Origin: Candidatus Margulisiibacteriota bacterium
GTDB taxonomy: Bacteria > Margulisbacteria > WOR-1 > JAHJIW01
DNA: 64,000 nt
Assembly: GCA_018823125.1 (NCBI GenBank)
Contig: JAHJIW010000005.1
Coordinates: forward strand, 142,542-206,541
Reading direction: 5' to 3'
Below, one piece after another: positions 29,633-38,216 of this stretch. Position 1 is the first letter of the stretch. The number at the start of each line of letters is the position of its first letter. The notes under the pieces are model-generated. The model searched no databases, had not been told where the DNA came from, and worked only from the letters and a program-made list of their open reading frames with translations. A program made the translations under genes and the position numbers.

Positions 29633-30880
29633 ATGACAACCTTTGATCCAGTAAATACTAATTCAGCCAGATCACTTATCCCTCGGTTCGAGAGAGGGAC
29701 CCCGGATGAGCAGATCAGCCGTGACGAGTGGGGTCACCATAACGATCCTGATCAATTTAATAGTCATGATAGCAATGGTGATGGTAAGTTGAATGCAGAC
29801 GAATTTTTAGAACTGATTAATGCAAATCGAAATATCACCATTTATGACATTGACGGAAAACCCATCGGTGTGGTAGAAGAAGGGGTGCTTACTGAAGTAC
29901 CACCGGAAGCCAATCCGGCTGCGGATGAAGTAGATCCAGATGACACTACTGCAGATGCTGGTCTTTTAGCTGCACCAGGTGAAGCCTCCGATAACTCAAC
30001 AGAAATAGACGCTCTCCGCAAACTTTATACTCTAGTGAGTGAAGGAGAACGAGTGATCATTGGTGGGCAAGCAATTGATCTTCCTCCAATGATGATGGAG
30101 GCTTTTGGGATCCGGGGCACCGAAAGAGACTGGGTTGGCAAGGCGAAAAACTTTTTAGAAACACGTGGTGGTGAGATTTACGTTAGAGGAGACAAACTGT
30201 TTAAATTTTTAAAACATACCACGGATATTGATGATGCAAATTTAAAAGTTGTGGAAGCACTTTTTGGAAATTATGACGGACAGATTACCGCAGAAGATGC
30301 CATCTTGTTAGATGATTTTATTAGTATCATGCGGGGCAAGATGATTGACCTCACTACCGAAGGTGAGTATTTTGGTGAATGGGTCACCCGCCGTCTGCAA
30401 AAATTTGATTACAGTGAGCTGGGCAACAGACTACAGGCCCTGAATTTTAAAGCACTGGGACCGAAAGCTGAGCAAATCTATAACCTGGCCCTCTTGAGAA
30501 CCAGAGAATCAGATAAAAAGGCTACCGAACCAAATTGGGATTATGTAGCCATGTATTTAATGAACAACTTCTTTAAATCAGCTAAAAAATCTTATAATCC
30601 TACACAAAAAGCAGTCATGATGCAAATAAAGTGGGACGATCCGCTGGCACTGCAGGAACTAGTGCACGAAATTTCTTCTCGAGACGATGCCGGTGAAGAA
30701 ATTACGGTTAGCATTATCGGAAGTTGGTTATCCGAAGGCGAACTACCAAGTACCAGAGATCTTTTATATCTACTTAGAGCTTCGCACGGTAATGTGGATG
30801 CCACATTAGAACCAGTTACGGTGGCGGAAAGCGATACCTCAGCCGCCGAAATCACAGCTTCTTTAGTTGTAGGGAAATAA
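29633..30880 (+). CDS. Hypothetical protein with EF-hand/dockerin-like Ca-binding loop (415 aa)
   Basis: HDSNGDGKLNADEF fits the DxNxDGxIxxxE loop. Acidic overall. Confidence 0.55.
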   Translation: MTTFDPVNTNSARSLIPRFERGTPDEQISRDEWGHHNDPDQFNSHDSNGDGKLNADEFLELINANRNITIYDIDGKPIGVVEEGVLTEVPPEANPAADEVDPDDTTADAGLLAAPGEASDNSTEIDALRKLYTLVSEGERVIIGGQAIDLPPMMMEAFGIRGTERDWVGKAKNFLETRGGEIYVRGDKLFKFLKHTTDIDDANLKVVEALFGNYDGQITAEDAILLDDFISIMRGKMIDLTTEGEYFGEWVTRRLQKFDYSELGNRLQALNFKALGPKAEQIYNLALLRTRESDKKATEPNWDYVAMYLMNNFFKSAKKSYNPTQKAVMMQIKWDDPLALQELVHEISSRDDAGEEITVSIIGSWLSEGELPSTRDLLYLLRASHGNVDATLEPVTVAESDTSAAEITASLVVGK

Positions 30881-30885
30881 CCTTT

Positions 30886-31125
30886 ATGTTTGACCTTTCT
30901 CCCTTTGAAATTAGTCTTTTAGTCTTGGCCGCGATTGGGTTATTAGGTGCATTCTATTTTCTGATGAGAGGAATCAAGGCTAAATCCGATCGAAAATTAA
31001 GACTTATTGCCAAACGTGCACGCAGTGAAGCAAAAATTGAAAAATATCGGGAGCACATTCAAGATAACATTGATCAAACCAAGGCCAAATTACAAGATCA
31101 AATCAACCAATCCAAGCGTCAATAA
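30886..31125 (+). CDS. Small TM plus coiled-coil protein (79 aa), paralogue-like of 29409..29630
   Basis: N-terminal TM (ISLLVLAAIGLLGAFYFL), then a KLQDQINQSKRQ-type helix. Same architecture as the 73-aa ORF. Confidence 0.5.
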   Translation: MFDLSPFEISLLVLAAIGLLGAFYFLMRGIKAKSDRKLRLIAKRARSEAKIEKYREHIQDNIDQTKAKLQDQINQSKRQ

Positions 31126-31175
31126 TCCTTCCTTTTCGAGACTGCCTCATTCAGCAAAAAATATGCATTATTTAT

Positions 31176-31203
31176 GCAAGTTTTTGCCTTCAGAACCCGA
31201 TAT
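31176..31203 (+). promoter_or_regulatory. Sigma-28-class promoter-like motif, copy B: GCAAGTTT-N12-CCCGATAT
   Basis: tttatGCAAGTTTttgccttcagaaCCCGATATat, 50 nt upstream of the giant ORF. Confidence 0.55.
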
Positions 31204-31253
31204 ATTTAGTGAAGCCACGCTAAAAACTATATAGTTAAAAGGCAAATTTTATT

Positions 31254-34200
31254 ATGGTTAATTTTGAGGTCGTAAATAGCATCCAAAATATTGAAGATTT
31301 AAAAGACGATTTACCAATCGGGGAACCTACTCAATCTAATTATATCCCCAATGAGATAGAAATTTCGGATGATGTTTTAAAAGTTGATACTGCCAGCATT
31401 AACAATAATCCTTCTTCGCCTTCCTCAAAATCTGACTTCAAAAGTATTAAAAAAGCCTTACAAAACGACCATCATAACTTCATCAAAAACTTTCAATTTT
31501 ACTGGGGCCAATATGGTGGTGGGGAACCATTAAATGGCAGTTGGTCTGGTGTTACGCAGGCTCTGTTCAACAACGGTTTACTAGATGGAATCGATCTTCC
31601 GGGAGATACCCATCAGTGTGATGGTGATATGCCAGACGGGTGGGATTCAACAGACTCAACATCTGAAACCGGTGGAACCGAAAATAGTGGATCTACAACA
31701 AACGATACCTCTTCGACGAATGAAACGATGGGAGATCTTTTTGACAGCGTGGATAACATGATTGATGAAATTAACTCAATTATTGATGGGTTTTCTGCTG
31801 ATGATTTTGATTTCGACCAAATGATTGCAGACCAGGATAAGATTATGGAGTATTGCAATATGTTACGTACCATCGCAATTATATTAGAAGGTTTGTATCA
31901 TTCACGTGAAATGGTTGCCGAAGAACTATCCGGGCATAAAATTGAATCGGATCGCGGATTCAAAAAGATAGTAGAAGGCTATGTTACCAATCGGGTACAA
32001 ATGATTCAAGCTCAATTGATGGAATCGATAACTAATTATCTTGATCAACTAGAGGCAGATTATGATAAAAAACTTGCCCAAATTGAAGAAGATCACGCTG
32101 ACGATTGCGATAATATGGATAAGGAAGAAGCCATTGCCAATGCCACCAAAGAGTATGAAGAAAAATTAGAAAAATTAACCAGTCAAATGCAAAGTGCATT
32201 CTCAAAACTATACAATTCTGATATCTCGCTTAGTGATATCGGATCTGCTGATGAATTTAAAGAAGAAATGAATGCCTTAGCTAATAATATTATACTGAGC
32301 GGTTTTTCTACTATGTCAACTACGGAAAACGGTTATTATGATCCCGGCGTTGAAAAAATGGAGGGGATCCGTAGTAAACTAAATGATTTACACAATATGA
32401 ACCGGGCGATAACGATTGCACTTTATACTCCGCTAGAGTTAAGAGAAACGGTTTCGCGTGAATTACAGGGAAAAGTAGGTACCGTTTTAAATAAAGATAT
32501 GACCGTCAGCGCAGAAGAAGAGACCATGGCCATTCAAACCAGTTCATTAGATACCTCCATGAATTTACAACTAAAGTTAGCCCAGGTTCATAACGAATAT
32601 AACTATCACTATCTGCAATGGGTTAAATTAGATGCTTCTTATGCCGCGCGAGTTTGGGAATGGCTAAACCGTGCCGGAGCTATCGTAATGTCCATTTTCT
32701 CGATTGTTTGTCCTTATTTGATGATCGGTGTAGTAGCGGCTAATATTGCAGCTAGTTTATGTAATTTTGCCGGTCAAAATGAAGCAAATAATAATATTGA
32801 TGATTCATTTGATTTAGACGTACCGGATCGCGTAGAGGAAGAGGAAAACTCAGACCCAAGTTGGGTGCCGCAGACATCCGGCCAGCAAAGTGTGCTGGAT
32901 GGTATTTCAGATATGGGTTACATCGAAGGTGACGATGGTCTGCTGTATTTTGATACCACGATCAGTGCGCAATTATATGGTGAAATGGGAGCGATGCAAA
33001 ATATTATTAGAGCCCAATTACTTATTTTGGAAGCCAAGCAAGATTTAAGAAATACCGTAAAAGAAGAACTAGATGGATTCCCGGCCGCTTCCAATAATTC
33101 AACTACCGTTAAAAATGCTTATGCTTCTCAAAATGCCATGTATCTATTTGCGTCCCAGGCGCGCACCTTTGTCAAAGATCAAATTCGTTTTTATACCAAT
33201 ACCGAACGTATGCAACAAGAGCAAATTGATAAAGCCGCCACTAACTGTTGGATTTCCATTGGGGCTTCGGCATTGGGTGGAATACTTTCGATAATTAATC
33301 CGGCTTTGGGAGGAATTGTTGGAACGCTGTTGGGTGCCGCAGCTTCAATTATTACGAGTGCGGTGAATAATAGCTGGGCTATGGATTATGATCAGCTGCA
33401 TGCGGGTGCAAACTTTGTGGATGATACTAGCATTAATGGGAGTGGTTCCAACCATCATGATCCGGAATTTCCCGAAACCGAGTTAGACGTCGCAGAACAA
33501 GATGTTTTACAAGATGCTACGGCATTAGGATTTATTGAAACTGGAACCAATGGATTTAGCGGACCGCTCGGTGGTGCTTATTTCACCGTAGATCCTGCAC
33601 AAATTATAGAATTGCGACAAAAACTAGCTGAAATCCAAAATCGTAGAATGGGTATTATTACCATCCGGAGAGCGCTGGCAGAAATGCGTAAAGCGGTACA
33701 TGCTGAAATGACTGGAAAAGTGGGCACCATGGGTAAATCCTATCAAACTTCCACCGAGGCTGCGGTAGCCCAAACCAGGATTATTGGACAACAACTCCAG
33801 CATATTATAAATTTCGTTAGTCAAAAAGCACAACTTGAAAACCGGGTCACCGATGCCAAAAAGCAACTGGTGCAAGATATTATCTCAGGAAGCATCTCGG
33901 GAGGAATTTCGATAGCCGGAACGATCCTCGGTGCTGCAGTTAAAGGAGCTACCGATGTTATTTGGGCCGTGGCTAATAGTGTTGCTAATTTTTCCAGTAA
34001 TCTGTGTCAGATCATATTCAGTGCATCAGATATTAATGAGAGTTCAAATATGCTTAATGAAGAAGACCTTACCCAGCGCCTCATCGAAGGTTTGAGGAAG
34101 ACCTATTCATCCGGGAAAGACGATAATTCTATCCGGGAAGCAGAACTCAATGTGTTATCTCAAATTACAACTGAGCTCATTGAGTCTATGCAAGGGGGAT

Positions 34201-36869
34201 TATGGGGATTAAATGCCGGATGGAAAGACTATTTTGCCAGTTTAATGGAAAAAATATTTAGGATTCAAGAAGCACAACGTAAAATATTACAGGGCATTGT
34301 CGAGATGAAAGCCAACGTGCACCAAACGTTTACCGGAAAACCGTCGGTGATGCTGATGGATGCTTCATCACTGCTGAGCGCTGAAGAAACCAAGGCCATG
34401 AGTTTAGTTTCAGATATGTTTAGTTACCTGGAAATGATCGTGACTCAGCATAATCGTATGGCTCAAGCGGAGAAAAATCTTTGGCTTTCAATTATCGAAT
34501 CGGTGGCTACCGTAGCACAATCCATTGCTTATACTGTTTCAACGGCTAATGGTGAGAAAGCCGATAATCTGCAAAAAGACATGAAAGACAATCCAAACCT
34601 TAATACCTTAAAAAATAATATCGAGCTGGCTAATTTTTCGAAGCAATCTACCAAGTGGTATAACATTTATTTATTAATGAATATTTGCCAAACCTGGAAC
34701 CGGGTTGTTGTCGGAAATTTAATTGATTTAGCTTTAAGCGATAAGTACGCCAAAAATGGTCCTAATATTGCAGTGGATGCTACCTCGGATTGTGAATTTG
34801 CTCAGATGAAAAAAGAGGCGATCGAGGCTAGTCTGCAAAAGGGACAAGCGGAACTATCCCGCATGAATTCGGCGGCTTCTTTTGAGAAATTTCAGGAGTT
34901 TTATCAAGCCGCCTGGCAATCGTTGGAAGACGTTAGTTATTTAGTAGCTAAATTGGCAAAAGAAAAAGCGGACCAAGGATTTGCGGTTGTGGACAAAGCT
35001 AATCGTCAGGATTATTACAACTCATGTACTAGTGCTGGTCAAAACTACCTTGAAATTCAAGAGGATCTCCTGGATCTATTGGAGCTTTTAGAAACGGTTC
35101 CACGTGATTCTGATCAGGCTCAAGAAATTAGAGATCAAATTACTGCTAAATCCAATCAGCTAGAGACCATGAGTACAGAAATGGTGGAATTAATCGAAGT
35201 AGCTGAAGAAAATAGGGTAGTAGAAGCTTCACGCGATACCAAAGGTACGCCGCAAATACCAATCTTTGATATACATAATGTAACACCTCAATTTCAGCAA
35301 CAGGTTCAAAGCAGCACCACCGCACTCTTAGCATATGCCGATCAGCTGATGGCACAAATGCAACCAACGGATACCACGGCACCGGTATCGGCTCAAGTGA
35401 TTGAAGAATGCCCCGAAACAAAGCAAAAACGACTGGAAGCTCAGGAAAGCCTACAATCCTTAAAAACTACCACCGATCGTATGGCAGATAGTGAAATTGT
35501 GTTCAAAGGTATTGCTACCATGGAAGAAGCCCAAAGCATAGATCAGGTCTCCAATGGAGAAACTGCTAAACCGGAGACCGAGGAAGAATGCTTAACTAAT
35601 ATCCGAGAGTTAAGGGGCCAAAGATCAGCTATTCTTAATGATAAAACTTTGACCAGAGAACAAAGAGCACAGTCACTACAAGAAGTTTCCAAGAGCTTAA
35701 ATCTTAATATTCATCACTTAAGAGGCTTCATTAGAAAACGCATGAGCAAAGCTAATCAGGGGTTAGGTGAGCTTCAGATATTAAATAAAGTTGACCGCGA
35801 AATGGATCGTTTATTAGCGGAACATTGTAATATTGAGATGACACCGCCGAGTGAATCAGTAGTTGCTCCAGCTGGAACTGCAGCCACTGAACCGGCGCAA
35901 TCCCAAAGAAGAGAGGAAGATTCTGATTCGGTAAGTGCCCTGGTTGAAGACAGTCTGGCATTAAGAGAAACGATCGAAAGCTCACCAGCTTTAGCTGATC
36001 TTGCTCAACCAATTCCGGTTGATAATGTAATGGCCGAATACATTCCGGAAGCACGTTCGCAATCTTCTGATGCTAACTTTAATGCCTTGCTGAATTCAAT
36101 TGAAGCTTCAATCAATGCCAGAGAAGCGGCTTTAAATAATGAAGGAATACAACCAAATGAGGCCGACATTGCAACCAGAGCAGGGGAAGTTACACTTCCG
36201 GAAACTTTAGAAGAGCTTAGAACATTGCGTAGAGAAAAATTAATTGAAAGAACGAATCTTCAGTCTGAATGGCAGGATAATACTCAAGAAATTGATTCCC
36301 AGATTGAAACCTTAACTGCGTATACCCAAACTTTACAAGATTTAGAAACGCAAGCCGCAGGTGTAACCCAAATGCTTTCTAATTTAATGAATCAACCCGC
36401 AGCCGAAGATGAAGTCATAAAGCTTGAAGCGTTAAATACAATGATTGGCCAAAGAATTGATCATTTAGAAGAAACGTCAGGTCTTTTGAGGCAGTCTTTA
36501 GAAGCTACTACCCAAAGATCACTTAATATTATGGGTCAAATTAAGGATATTAATGCAGATATCCAATTAATCGAAGCTAAAATGGATGATGTTAGAGAAC
36601 GGATTAGTGGTATAGAAATTACTGATGAGGAGCCAAAAACTGCACAACTCAATATTGATACTCAGGTATCGCATAAGAATCCAAGAAGAAGCATCCTTAA
36701 TGATTTAATGGGTGGTTTTTCGACCTGGATTACACCAAATTCAAGCGCTAATAACGGTTCAACTCAGGCCCGCAGAGTTGATACCGGTAGACAAACCTCT
36801 ATATATAATGAAAGAGAAAAAGCAGCCCGCGCCCAAGAAGAATTAACCGAAAAAAGTTTTTCTGCCTAA
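31254..36869 (+). CDS. Giant (1871 aa) coiled-coil protein with three Gly/Ala-rich hydrophobic segments, no recognisable homology
   Basis: Acidic S/T/D-rich N-terminus. Long heptad-like Q/E/L/N-rich stretches. Hydrophobic segments AGAIVMSIFSIVCPYLMIGVVAANIAASL, ISIGASALGGILSIINPALGGIVGTLLGAAASIITSAV and SGSISGGISIAGTILGAAVKGATDVIWAVANSV. No Walker motifs. Confidence 0.7.
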   Translation: MVNFEVVNSIQNIEDLKDDLPIGEPTQSNYIPNEIEISDDVLKVDTASINNNPSSPSSKSDFKSIKKALQNDHHNFIKNFQFYWGQYGGGEPLNGSWSGVTQALFNNGLLDGIDLPGDTHQCDGDMPDGWDSTDSTSETGGTENSGSTTNDTSSTNETMGDLFDSVDNMIDEINSIIDGFSADDFDFDQMIADQDKIMEYCNMLRTIAIILEGLYHSREMVAEELSGHKIESDRGFKKIVEGYVTNRVQMIQAQLMESITNYLDQLEADYDKKLAQIEEDHADDCDNMDKEEAIANATKEYEEKLEKLTSQMQSAFSKLYNSDISLSDIGSADEFKEEMNALANNIILSGFSTMSTTENGYYDPGVEKMEGIRSKLNDLHNMNRAITIALYTPLELRETVSRELQGKVGTVLNKDMTVSAEEETMAIQTSSLDTSMNLQLKLAQVHNEYNYHYLQWVKLDASYAARVWEWLNRAGAIVMSIFSIVCPYLMIGVVAANIAASLCNFAGQNEANNNIDDSFDLDVPDRVEEEENSDPSWVPQTSGQQSVLDGISDMGYIEGDDGLLYFDTTISAQLYGEMGAMQNIIRAQLLILEAKQDLRNTVKEELDGFPAASNNSTTVKNAYASQNAMYLFASQARTFVKDQIRFYTNTERMQQEQIDKAATNCWISIGASALGGILSIINPALGGIVGTLLGAAASIITSAVNNSWAMDYDQLHAGANFVDDTSINGSGSNHHDPEFPETELDVAEQDVLQDATALGFIETGTNGFSGPLGGAYFTVDPAQIIELRQKLAEIQNRRMGIITIRRALAEMRKAVHAEMTGKVGTMGKSYQTSTEAAVAQTRIIGQQLQHIINFVSQKAQLENRVTDAKKQLVQDIISGSISGGISIAGTILGAAVKGATDVIWAVANSVANFSSNLCQIIFSASDINESSNMLNEEDLTQRLIEGLRKTYSSGKDDNSIREAELNVLSQITTELIESMQGGLWGLNAGWKDYFASLMEKIFRIQEAQRKILQGIVEMKANVHQTFTGKPSVMLMDASSLLSAEETKAMSLVSDMFSYLEMIVTQHNRMAQAEKNLWLSIIESVATVAQSIAYTVSTANGEKADNLQKDMKDNPNLNTLKNNIELANFSKQSTKWYNIYLLMNICQTWNRVVVGNLIDLALSDKYAKNGPNIAVDATSDCEFAQMKKEAIEASLQKGQAELSRMNSAASFEKFQEFYQAAWQSLEDVSYLVAKLAKEKADQGFAVVDKANRQDYYNSCTSAGQNYLEIQEDLLDLLELLETVPRDSDQAQEIRDQITAKSNQLETMSTEMVELIEVAEENRVVEASRDTKGTPQIPIFDIHNVTPQFQQQVQSSTTALLAYADQLMAQMQPTDTTAPVSAQVIEECPETKQKRLEAQESLQSLKTTTDRMADSEIVFKGIATMEEAQSIDQVSNGETAKPETEEECLTNIRELRGQRSAILNDKTLTREQRAQSLQEVSKSLNLNIHHLRGFIRKRMSKANQGLGELQILNKVDREMDRLLAEHCNIEMTPPSESVVAPAGTAATEPAQSQRREEDSDSVSALVEDSLALRETIESSPALADLAQPIPVDNVMAEYIPEARSQSSDANFNALLNSIEASINAREAALNNEGIQPNEADIATRAGEVTLPETLEELRTLRREKLIERTNLQSEWQDNTQEIDSQIETLTAYTQTLQDLETQAAGVTQMLSNLMNQPAAEDEVIKLEALNTMIGQRIDHLEETSGLLRQSLEATTQRSLNIMGQIKDINADIQLIEAKMDDVRERISGIEITDEEPKTAQLNIDTQVSHKNPRRSILNDLMGGFSTWITPNSSANNGSTQARRVDTGRQTSIYNEREKAARAQEELTEKSFSA

Positions 36870-36888
36870 AATTATTTTGCATTTTCAT

Positions 36889-36916
36889 GCAAGTTTTTCG
36901 CGTCAAAACCCGATTA
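36889..36916 (+). promoter_or_regulatory. Sigma-28-class promoter-like motif, copy C: GCAAGTTT-N12-CCCGATTA
   Basis: ttttcatGCAAGTTTttcgcgtcaaaaCCCGATTAtc, 24 nt upstream of the ATG at 36941. Confidence 0.55.
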
Positions 36917-36940
36917 TCTAGGTGAGAGGAACAATAACCT

Positions 36941-37186
36941 ATGATTGGAAATGTAGCATCAAGCTTAGCTTCGAATGTAACTTCTAAAGTTGCAGAGTAT
37001 GCTAACGACGTGATTAAGGAGTTGGGCGGAGAAAGTACTCAACAACTTAATCCGGATCAACTGACAGATCAACTGGGAGTTAATACTAGTAGTAAAATCA
37101 ACGGCGCGGAAAACGAATTAAAAGAAGGACAGATGATTAATGCAATGCTGGGTGGAATGGGTGGCAGCGTAAATTTATTAGTGTAA
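36941..37186 (+). CDS. Small helical protein (81 aa)
   Basis: SD GAGAGGA. Central QQLNPDQLTDQL turn and a Gly-rich C-terminus (MLGGMGGSVNLLV). The length and central N-P-x-x-L pattern loosely recall T3SS needle protomers. Confidence 0.5.
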   Translation: MIGNVASSLASNVTSKVAEYANDVIKELGGESTQQLNPDQLTDQLGVNTSSKINGAENELKEGQMINAMLGGMGGSVNLLV

Positions 37187-37198
37187 AGGAATTAAATT

Positions 37199-37501
37199 AT
37201 GAGTTATCAAGCAGCGATGATTGCCGGGGGAGTTAACCAAACTGCTTTGGCTAAAACTAGTAAAGCGGAAAATGCTCATAATAATAACGGTATCAGTTTT
37301 ATCGGATCAATCAGCGAAAGTATTCAAGGTCAACTAGCCGCCACCACGGTAGTTGAAAGAAGCACGATTAAAGATTTAGGAATTAACCAAAAAGAGATTA
37401 ACGGGGAGGAGTGGGGTTGGCCAGACGAAGAAGATTTAGCACAAGAGTTTATTAATAAAATTGAAAGAATACTAAGCCAGATCCAAGGCTTTAGTTCATA
37501 A
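37199..37501 (+). CDS. Small helical protein (100 aa)
   Basis: SD AAAGGA. Contains EEWGWPDEE. Confidence 0.5.
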   Translation: MSYQAAMIAGGVNQTALAKTSKAENAHNNNGISFIGSISESIQGQLAATTVVERSTIKDLGINQKEINGEEWGWPDEEDLAQEFINKIERILSQIQGFSS

Positions 37502-37520
37502 AAAAAGGAGGTGAAATAAT

Positions 37521-37799
37521 ATGACAGCGAACGTAGACATAGTATCACAAGTTTCCGATATGTTAGATACCTTTAGTGCTGAAATGATGAACTTTTTAGG
37601 TGAAATAACGGCAAATGAAGGAACCGGTACACTGACACTGCTTAACCAGTCGTACGACATCGATACCACGACTGCCGGTGGTGTAATGAAATCTGATTTC
37701 ATCGCCAACCAAATGCAAAGTGTAACTCAAAATGCCGTACAAGGAACAAACCTAGTAACTAAAACACTAGGACAGTTAATCGCAAAGTATACCCAATAA
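37521..37799 (+). CDS. Small helical protein (92 aa)
   Basis: Perfect SD AAAGGAGGTGAAAT. Followed by a terminator hairpin. Confidence 0.55.
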   Translation: MTANVDIVSQVSDMLDTFSAEMMNFLGEITANEGTGTLTLLNQSYDIDTTTAGGVMKSDFIANQMQSVTQNAVQGTNLVTKTLGQLIAKYTQ

Positions 37800-37804
37800 G
37801 ATAA

Positions 37805-37836
37805 CGAGGGGTTTCGCGAGGAACCCCTCTTCTAAA
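37805..37836 (+). terminator. Rho-independent terminator-like hairpin
   Basis: cGAGGGGTTtcgcgaggAACCCCTCttctaaaataattt: 8/9-bp GC-rich stem followed by a T-rich tract. Confidence 0.5.
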
Positions 37837-37898
37837 ATAATTTATAGCTTTATAAGTTATTTTTGAAGATAAGAAATAATTAATTAGGGAGGAATAAA

Positions 37899-38204
37899 AT
37901 GGGATACGTTACACCAACCAGTAAAGTAACTAATGCGGTAGTGTCGATGGGCAGCACAATTGACGAAACCATGCGGAGTTTTTATGAAGAAACCCAGCAT
38001 ATTTTGTCCGCAATGCTTAATTATGATGATGATACAACGTTAGAAATCATGGGTATTACTCTTACCGGTGATCAAATTGTTTCTGCTCCAGGACAGTACT
38101 TATTTAATCAGTTTACTTCGGTCTCGGAAAATGTCACCAGCACTTCTTTAAGTATTTGGAATGCGATTAACAAAGCTGAGGAAAGTATCGCGCAAATGAT
38201 ATAA
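37899..38204 (+). CDS. Small helical protein (101 aa)
   Basis: SD AGGGAGG. MGYVTPTSKVTNAVVSMGSTIDETMRSF... Confidence 0.5.
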   Translation: MGYVTPTSKVTNAVVSMGSTIDETMRSFYEETQHILSAMLNYDDDTTLEIMGITLTGDQIVSAPGQYLFNQFTSVSENVTSTSLSIWNAINKAEESIAQMI

Positions 38205-38216
38205 TACGGAGAATTT

